Assembly (NCBI GenBank): GCA_029858555.1
Contig: JAOUEU010000001.1
Location: 1-49,228 of the forward strand
Direction of reading: 5' to 3'
Source of the DNA: Candidatus Zixiibacteriota bacterium
GTDB lineage: Bacteria; Zixibacteria; MSB-5A5; GN15; FEB-12
DNA length: 49,228 nt
Shown here: positions 43,521-49,228 of the stretch, in pieces
Layout: every line of letters starts with the position of its first letter
Numbering within the stretch: position 1 is the first letter of the stretch
Notes under the pieces: generated by a model
Databases searched by the model: none
Seen by the model: only the letters and a program-made list of their open reading frames with translations
Told to the model about the DNA's origin: nothing
Made by a program: the position numbers and the translations under genes

Positions 43521-44396
43521 ATGAAATCCATGACCGGCTTTGGAAAAGCCGAATTGCGGGCTCCTGTCGGCAAGTTCAGCGTCGAGATTTCCAGTGTCAA
43601 TAACCGTTTTCTGGAAATATCGGCCAGACTGCCGCGGCAGTTCTTTGCTCTTGAGGCTAGACTACGTACCCTGATAAGTGCCCATATTGAGAGGGGGAAA
43701 ATTTATCTGTATGTGGGGTATGAAGAATCGAACGACAGTGCGGCGAAGTTTGCCATCAATCGCCCGGCGGCCCGGGCATACCATAAGCAGCTCATGCAAC
43801 TCAAAAAGGAACTTGGGCTTAGCGGGGGAGTAGAAATACACGACCTGATGCTTCTGCCGGAATTTGCCAATCCTGATAAAGAGACTATTGATGATAAGCT
43901 GATCTGGCCACCTCTTGAAAAGGCAACCCGGAAGGCGCTGAACGAGCTGATATCTATGCGAAGAAAAGAAGGGGCCGCGCTGGCCAGGGACATGAGGCAG
44001 CGAATGAAGGTCATCAACGGCTACATCAAAGTGATTGTCGACCATTCCTCCGACTTCGTAGATTCCTACCGGGAGAAGCTGGCCGCGAGGATACAAGACC
44101 TGCTTCAGTCACCGGCTCCGGACTCGGTGAGACTGGAGGAAGAAATTGTCATGGTTGCAGAAAGGATCGACATCAGTGAGGAATGCATCCGTTTAAAGAG
44201 CCACGTGGGGCAATTTACCCAGACTCTCGCGATACCCGATCCTGTTGGCAAGAAGCTCAATTTCATACTCCAGGAAATGAATCGGGAGGCTAATACCATC
44301 GCTTCCAAGTGTTCGGATATTCGGATCTCTTCGGCGGTCATCTCACTCAAGGAGGAGATCGAGAAACTTAGAGAACAAGTGCAAAATGTCGAGTAG
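43521..44396 (+). CDS. yicC: YicC/YloC family stress-induced protein (endoribonuclease YicC)
   Basis: The N-terminus MKSMTGFGKAE and C-terminal EMNREANTIASK...LKEEIEKLREQVQNVE are YicC_N/DUF1732 hallmarks. 291 aa. Confidence 0.88.
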   Translation: MKSMTGFGKAELRAPVGKFSVEISSVNNRFLEISARLPRQFFALEARLRTLISAHIERGKIYLYVGYEESNDSAAKFAINRPAARAYHKQLMQLKKELGLSGGVEIHDLMLLPEFANPDKETIDDKLIWPPLEKATRKALNELISMRRKEGAALARDMRQRMKVINGYIKVIVDHSSDFVDSYREKLAARIQDLLQSPAPDSVRLEEEIVMVAERIDISEECIRLKSHVGQFTQTLAIPDPVGKKLNFILQEMNREANTIASKCSDIRISSAVISLKEEIEKLREQVQNVE

Positions 44397-44417
44397 CCGC
44401 TAGCGCTGACACTGAAA

Positions 44418-45035
44418 ATGAAGAGACCTGGCAAGATTGTAATCATTTCCTCACCTTCGGGCGGCGGCAAGACCTCGATTTGCCGGAAGCTGCTGTCACC
44501 CAACCGTCGAAGGAAAAACTGGCGTTTTTCCATATCATACACTACCCGCACGAAAAGGCCAGGTGAGCGAAACGGTCGTGAGTACTTCTTTGTTTCCGAC
44601 CAGGAATTCGCCTCTCTGGTCAAGAGAAACTTCTTCGCGGAGCATTGTCACGTGCATCTTTACCGGTATGGCACTCCGCGGGATCAATTGGAGCACGTCG
44701 CACGGTCAGGCGGCGTGATGGTGCTGGATGTTGACGTACAGGGGGCCTTTAAGCTCCGGAAAGCTTTCCCCGAAGCCATAACTGTTTTCATACTGCCCCC
44801 ATCGATAACGGCTTTGCGAAAGCGCCTGAAAAAGCGAGGGACCGAGACCCGTGAGCAACTGAGGGTTCGTTTCGAGAACGCCAGAAAGGAAATGAGACTT
44901 TACAGCAAATTCAACTATGTTGTTATAAATGAAGAGCTTGACACAGCTGTCAAGGAAGTCTTGAGTATCATTGATTCTCACTACTGTAGAACCGATAAAC
45001 TCCGCGCGGAACAAATCGCTCGGATAATTCGTTAA
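44418..45035 (+). CDS. gmk: Guanylate kinase
   Basis: P-loop ISSPSGGGKTSI, then TTRTKRPGERNGREYFFVS, and LRKRLKKRGTE in the lid region. Confidence 0.92.
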   Translation: MKRPGKIVIISSPSGGGKTSICRKLLSPNRRRKNWRFSISYTTRTKRPGERNGREYFFVSDQEFASLVKRNFFAEHCHVHLYRYGTPRDQLEHVARSGGVMVLDVDVQGAFKLRKAFPEAITVFILPPSITALRKRLKKRGTETREQLRVRFENARKEMRLYSKFNYVVINEELDTAVKEVLSIIDSHYCRTDKLRAEQIARIIR

Positions 45036-45067
45036 ATTACCGACATTTGAGTAGATAGGAGAGTGCA

Positions 45068-45295
45068 ATGGGTAGACCCCAAATTGAAGAGCTGGAAAAA
45101 CTTAACCTGAATCTATACGAGGCTGTGATAGTGGCCTCGCAGCACGCCCGCCGGCTCAATGCCAGGCGTCTTCAACAGCTTGAGCAGATGGAAGAAGATC
45201 CTTCGATCGATATCGACAGCCGCAAAATTACCGCCGTGGCTCTACGTGATGTTCTGGACGGAAAGGTAAAGTTTAAACGTTCAGATTCGATGTAA
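45068..45295 (+). CDS. rpoZ: DNA-directed RNA polymerase subunit omega
   Basis: 75 aa. NLYEAVIVASQHARRLN is the conserved omega helix. Its position directly after gmk is a classic gene pair. Confidence 0.85.
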   Translation: MGRPQIEELEKLNLNLYEAVIVASQHARRLNARRLQQLEQMEEDPSIDIDSRKITAVALRDVLDGKVKFKRSDSM

Positions 45296-45335
45296 TAATA
45301 ATAAAACTCTTACTTTCGAAAACTTAGGAAGAGAT

Positions 45336-47627
45336 ATGGCCAAGAATGTTGTCATCGTCGAGTCTCCAGCCAAAACTAAGACTTTAGCCCGCTTTTTGGG
45401 TGAGGATTATGATATCCTTGCTACTATTGGCCATATCGTCGACTTACCAAAATCCAAAATTGGTGTTGATACGGATAATAATTTCGAGCCGGAGTATCAC
45501 GTCATCAAGGGTAAGGAAAAAGTTATCTCCGAGTTGAAGAAGGCAGCCAAAAAGGCGAAGACCGTCTTTCTGGCACCTGATCCTGATCGCGAGGGTGAAG
45601 CGATTGCCTGGCACGTGGCAAACAGCCTTAAGAATGGCTCCAAGGCGAAATTCGTGCGCGTAGCTTTCAACGAGATTACGGCTCCGGCGGTGCTTGAGGC
45701 GATGGAGCACCCGCGTGACATCGACATGAATCTGGTCAACGCGCAGCAGGCCCGCAGAGTGCTCGACCGCGTGGTGGGCTACACTGTGTCGCCGTTTTTG
45801 TGGAAAACGATCACTCACAATCTGTCAGCCGGGCGGGTTCAGTCAGTGGCGCTACGCCTCGTTTGCGAGCGCGAGGTCGAGGTCACGCAGTTTAAGCCGC
45901 AGGAGTACTGGCAGATATCGGCCGTGCTCGAAACGGTCTTGAAGGAACAATTCTCGGCGCGGCTGGTGAAAATCGGTGACAAAACTCTGGCCAAACCCGA
46001 TGATGTCGGCAATAACAAAATTGCAATTGGTACCAAAGCTGAAGCCGATGGCTATCTCAAAGATCTGCAGAAGGCTTCATACACGGTCTCCCTGATCAAG
46101 AGAACGGAGAAACAGCGCAGACCGCCGGCGCCGTTCATAACGTCGACACTCCAGCAGGATGCCGCCAGAGCCTTTGGCTTCGCTCCCAAGAAGACCATGT
46201 CACTGGCCCAGAAACTTTATGAAGGTATTGAAATGGGCCGCGAAGGAGCCACCGGCCTGATCACCTACATGAGGACCGACTCCACCCGCGTTTCCGGCGA
46301 GGCCTTAAAAACCGTCCGGGGCTACATAAAAAAGGAGTACGGCAGCGATTATCTACCTCCGAAACCCAATGTTTTCGGTAAGAAAAAATCCGCGCAGGAC
46401 GCCCACGAGGCGATTCGCCCGACGTACATGAACCTGCCGCCGCAGAAGCTGAGTAAGTACCTTACAGTGCAACAGCTTAAGCTCTATACGTTGATTTGGA
46501 GCCGCTTCCTGGCCTCCCAGATGAAACCGGCCGTGATGGATGTCGTCTCGGTGGATATCGAGGCCGACCGTTTCTTGTTCCGGGCGACATCGCAGAAGCT
46601 GGTTTTTGATGGTTTTCTCAAAGTCTATCATGAGCAGAAGGAACCGGATGAAAACGGTAACGGCTTGAACGGCTATGTGGAACTGCCCGAGCTGGCCGAA
46701 AACGATCTCCTCAAACTGATCAAGCTGAACCCTTCTCAGTCTTTTACCAAACCGCCGCCGAGGTTTTCTGAGGCCATGCTTGTCAGGCGCCTCGAGGCCG
46801 ATGGCATCGGCCGACCGTCGACGTACGCAACCATAATCGCCACTTTGAAGGACCGCAAATACGTGGAGGCGGCCTCGGGCAAACTGGTGCCTACCGACCT
46901 CGGTGTGGCCGTTAACAAAATCCTCGTCGAAAATCTGCCGAAGCTGTTCAACGTAAAATTCACGGCCGAGATGGAAAAAGAGCTGGATCTTATCGAGGAC
47001 GGCACCGACGATTGGGTAAAAGTACTCAACGGTTTTTACAGGCCGTTCAAGAAGACTATCGACGCGCTCAAGAAAAAGCAGTCGGCAATCAAAGAGTCCA
47101 TGACCGAAAAGACCGATCAGAAGTGTCCCAAGTGTGATTCACCGATGGTCATCAAGTGGGGTCGCAACGGTCGCTTCCTGGCCTGCTCGGCTTACCCGGA
47201 ATGTAAGACCACCAAGCCACTTCCCGAGGAGGCCGCCTTGATGAAAACCGACCAGGTCTGCGATAAGTGTGGCGCCCCGATGGTGGTCAAGGTGGGACGG
47301 TTTGGTCGGTTCCTGGCCTGTTCGCGGTACCCTGACTGCAAGAACACCAAAGCCATCACGTTGGGCATCAAGTGCCCCAGGACGGGCTGCAACGGCGAGC
47401 TGGTCGAGAAGAAGACCAGAGGAAGCCGTCTGTTCTACGGTTGTACGAGTTACCCCAAGTGCAATTTTGCTTCCTGGGATAAACCGGTCAACAAAGCGTG
47501 CGCCTCCTGCGGCCACCCCTTCCTCGTGCTTAAGTTATCCAAGCGCAAGGGGGAGTTCTACAAGTGCCCCGGGTGTAAGGACGAATTTCCCATAGAAGCC
47601 CCTGACCGCGAGCCCGTTGCTCGCTGA
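45336..47627 (+). CDS. topA: DNA topoisomerase I (type IA) with four C-terminal zinc-ribbon motifs
   Basis: Toprim start VVIVESPAKTKT, acidic triad region LAPDPDREGEAIAWH, active-site region ITYMRTDS, and C-terminal CPKC...CSAYPEC, CDKC...CSRYPDC, C...CTSYPKC and CASC...CPGC. Confidence 0.94.
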   Translation: MAKNVVIVESPAKTKTLARFLGEDYDILATIGHIVDLPKSKIGVDTDNNFEPEYHVIKGKEKVISELKKAAKKAKTVFLAPDPDREGEAIAWHVANSLKNGSKAKFVRVAFNEITAPAVLEAMEHPRDIDMNLVNAQQARRVLDRVVGYTVSPFLWKTITHNLSAGRVQSVALRLVCEREVEVTQFKPQEYWQISAVLETVLKEQFSARLVKIGDKTLAKPDDVGNNKIAIGTKAEADGYLKDLQKASYTVSLIKRTEKQRRPPAPFITSTLQQDAARAFGFAPKKTMSLAQKLYEGIEMGREGATGLITYMRTDSTRVSGEALKTVRGYIKKEYGSDYLPPKPNVFGKKKSAQDAHEAIRPTYMNLPPQKLSKYLTVQQLKLYTLIWSRFLASQMKPAVMDVVSVDIEADRFLFRATSQKLVFDGFLKVYHEQKEPDENGNGLNGYVELPELAENDLLKLIKLNPSQSFTKPPPRFSEAMLVRRLEADGIGRPSTYATIIATLKDRKYVEAASGKLVPTDLGVAVNKILVENLPKLFNVKFTAEMEKELDLIEDGTDDWVKVLNGFYRPFKKTIDALKKKQSAIKESMTEKTDQKCPKCDSPMVIKWGRNGRFLACSAYPECKTTKPLPEEAALMKTDQVCDKCGAPMVVKVGRFGRFLACSRYPDCKNTKAITLGIKCPRTGCNGELVEKKTRGSRLFYGCTSYPKCNFASWDKPVNKACASCGHPFLVLKLSKRKGEFYKCPGCKDEFPIEAPDREPVAR

Positions 47628-47650
47628 ATACATCCCCGTGGGTGCCTTCC

Positions 47651-47673
47651 GCAGGGTGATACCTGCCTTTTTT
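47651..47673 (+). terminator. Probable rho-independent terminator after topA
   Basis: GCAGG (47651-47655), loop GTGATA, CCTGC (47662-47666), then C and TTTTTT (47668-47673). The stem is short, so confidence is moderate. Confidence 0.45.
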
Positions 47674-47710
47674 GAGTGACACCCGTTTATTATTTTCATA
47701 TGTTAGGCAT

Positions 47711-48625
47711 ATGTTGCAAAAACAGTTGGAGAAGTTTTTCAGCAAAGCGGCCCGGGAAAAACAACTGTCTGACAATACTATCGCAGCCTACCGGCGGGAC
47801 CTGATGCCGTGGGTGGCGTTCTTACAGAGCAAATATGCCGAACTGCCCTTCGCCTCCAGGAATGATCCTCTCCTTCTTAGAATGTACCTGCGCCAGCGCT
47901 CGGAGGGAAAGATCTCCAATCGGACCCTGGCGCGCTTTCTTGCCGCTCTCTCATCATTCCAGAAATACCTGATGACCTTGCCCGATTTCAAGCAGTACGT
48001 GTTCAAATTGCCCCGCATGAAATACGGCAGCCGGGTGCCGGCGTTTCTGCCGCAGTCGGAATCCCGAAGGCTGTTCGAGCATGACAGCCGGCGCGAAAAG
48101 ACGGACCCTTACTACTACTGGCGGGATTACGCTGTCATCGCTCTTTTATACGCTACCGGCGTCAGGCGCGAGGAACTTGCCTCAATAAGACTGGCCGATC
48201 TCGATCTGTCCCACGGCCTGATAACTATAACCGGGAAGGGAAACAAGGTGCGGGTGGTTCCGGTGGGAGAGAAAACGTTGAAGGATTTGACGGGATATTT
48301 GAAAATACGCAGCGATTTTGTGGTACAGAAAAACACTCTGTCGTCGCATCTTTTCCTGAACAAGTCCGGAGAGCCTCTGTCCGTGCGGTCCATCAACCGC
48401 CTGGCTCAGAAGTTCAGCCGCCGGGCAGGCGTGGCCTTCACGCCGCACACGCTGCGGCATTCCTTCGCCACGCATCTTCTGGAGAACGGTGCTGATTTGA
48501 TATTGATCAAGGAGATTCTCGGTCATTCCTCGCTGTCGACGACTCAGAAATATACGCACGTAACAGCGGAATCGATGAAAAAGGTATACCACCGAGCGCA
48601 CCCGCGATCGGGTTCAAAAAGATAA
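47711..48625 (+). CDS. xerC: Site-specific tyrosine recombinase XerC/XerD family
   Basis: The N-terminal SAM-like domain has TIAAYRRDL. The catalytic domain has [53 protein letters not shown] (R..HxxR..H..Y). The ATG at 47711 avoids overlap with the topA terminator. Its context (topA upstream, hslVU downstream) is typical of the housekeeping Xer. Confidence 0.85.
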   Translation: MLQKQLEKFFSKAAREKQLSDNTIAAYRRDLMPWVAFLQSKYAELPFASRNDPLLLRMYLRQRSEGKISNRTLARFLAALSSFQKYLMTLPDFKQYVFKLPRMKYGSRVPAFLPQSESRRLFEHDSRREKTDPYYYWRDYAVIALLYATGVRREELASIRLADLDLSHGLITITGKGNKVRVVPVGEKTLKDLTGYLKIRSDFVVQKNTLSSHLFLNKSGEPLSVRSINRLAQKFSRRAGVAFTPHTLRHSFATHLLENGADLILIKEILGHSSLSTTQKYTHVTAESMKKVYHRAHPRSGSKR

Positions 48626-48635
48626 TGAGGGCAGT

Positions 48636-49172
48636 ATGAAAACACGCTCCACGACAATTCTCGGCCTGATACACCGCGGTCAGGCGGCCATGGCCGGTGA
48701 CGGCCAGGTCTCCCTGGAAGACACCATCCTTAAATCGAAGGCCAGCAAGATTAGAACCATGTATGATGGTCGGATTCTGGCCGGGTTTGCCGGGACTGCT
48801 GCCGACGCGCTGGCCCTTTACGAATTACTCGAAAGAAAGATTGATGAATACTCCGGCAATTTGCCCAAGGCCGCCGTGGAACTGGCCAAGGAGTGGCGCA
48901 CCGACAAGATGCTTCAGAAACTCGAAGCCACCATCGCCGTCACGGACAAAGAGCACATCTTCCTGGTAAGCGGTAACGGTGATGTCGTCGAGCCGGACGA
49001 CGGTATCATTGCCATCGGTTCCGGCGGCAACTACGCTCTGGCCGCGGCCCGGGCGCTCATCGGAGCGAGTCCCAAGCTGTCGGCTGAGAAAATCGCTGTG
49101 AGGGCGCTGGAAATTGCGGCGGGTATTTGTGTTTATACCAATGACAGCATCAAGGTGGAAGCGCTGAAATGA
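48636..49172 (+). CDS. hslV: ATP-dependent protease subunit HslV
   Basis: TTILGL...[10 protein letters not shown]...[18 protein letters not shown]...[19 protein letters not shown]...[17 protein letters not shown] is close to E. coli HslV. A short propeptide (MKTRS) precedes the catalytic Thr. Confidence 0.93.
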   Translation: MKTRSTTILGLIHRGQAAMAGDGQVSLEDTILKSKASKIRTMYDGRILAGFAGTAADALALYELLERKIDEYSGNLPKAAVELAKEWRTDKMLQKLEATIAVTDKEHIFLVSGNGDVVEPDDGIIAIGSGGNYALAAARALIGASPKLSAEKIAVRALEIAAGICVYTNDSIKVEALK

Positions 49173-49228
49173 AAGAGACTTACCCGACACCGGCCGAAAT
49201 CGTCGCTCATCTCGACAAATACGTCATC
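49169..49228 (+). CDS. hslU: ATP-dependent protease ATPase subunit HslU, first 20 codons only (3' end outside window)
   Basis: The ATG overlaps the hslV TGA (ATGA). [20 protein letters not shown] matches the conserved HslU N-terminus (..TPREIVSELDKHIIGQ). Confidence 0.8.
   Translation, partial: MKETYPTPAEIVAHLDKYVI

Noticed and set aside
47711-48625. Tyrosine recombinase as a marker of an integrated mobile element
   Set aside because: It has Xer-type length and motifs and sits in the conserved topA-xerC-hslVU housekeeping context. There are no flanking repeats, tRNA gene, phage genes or transposase genes.

Overview
One contiguous bacterial chromosomal segment of about 49 kb, moderately GC-rich and almost entirely coding. 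I saw no rRNA, tRNA, CRISPR array, transposase or prophage signature. All calls come from reading the ORF translations and comparing motifs from memory; no searches were run.

Gene content, left to right:
- The 3' end of a TonB-dependent-receptor-like outer-membrane barrel.
- An HD-domain hydrolase.
- An MFS(UMF1)-PHP phosphoesterase-small protein operon. The small protein looks like a Janus/PHPT1-type phosphohistidine phosphatase.
- A complete 14-subunit complex I operon (nuoA-N, 4585-19261). A CPYC glutaredoxin-like gene is inserted between nuoM and nuoN.
- Two minus-strand genes: an uncharacterised OM beta-barrel and a class IV aminotransferase.
- A DUF401-like permease.
- A tightly coupled envelope operon: ECF sigma, zf-HC2 anti-sigma, HtrA-like/PDZ protein, CMD-family protein, TamB and a TamA-like Omp85.
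- NifS-type cysteine desulfurase plus MnmA, then a UPF0173 MBL-fold hydrolase.
- A second envelope cluster: AsmA-family protein, M1-peptidase-like protein, S8 subtilase with a T9SS-type C-terminal domain, and a PAS/histidine-kinase-like protein.
- Housekeeping blocks: yicC-gmk-rpoZ and topA-xerC-hslV-hslU (hslU is cut by the window end).

Shine-Dalgarno sites and TTGACA-type -35 boxes are visible. The T9SS-type sorting domain suggests an FCB-group or related uncultivated lineage; this is an inference.

Most notable observations:
1. The glutaredoxin-like gene ends ...GFGGG-TGA-GGG-TTC-TGA, with a small hairpin just downstream. This is the pattern expected for a C-terminal selenocysteine (U-x-x-stop) that would be mis-annotated as a stop.
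2. The ECF sigma/anti-sigma pair is translationally chained to TamB/TamA through an HtrA homologue in which all three catalytic-triad residues are substituted.
3. Two further degenerate enzyme homologues sit in the AsmA cluster: an M1-like protein with LELAA in place of HExxH, and a histidine-kinase-like protein with no H-box histidine and no N/G1 boxes.
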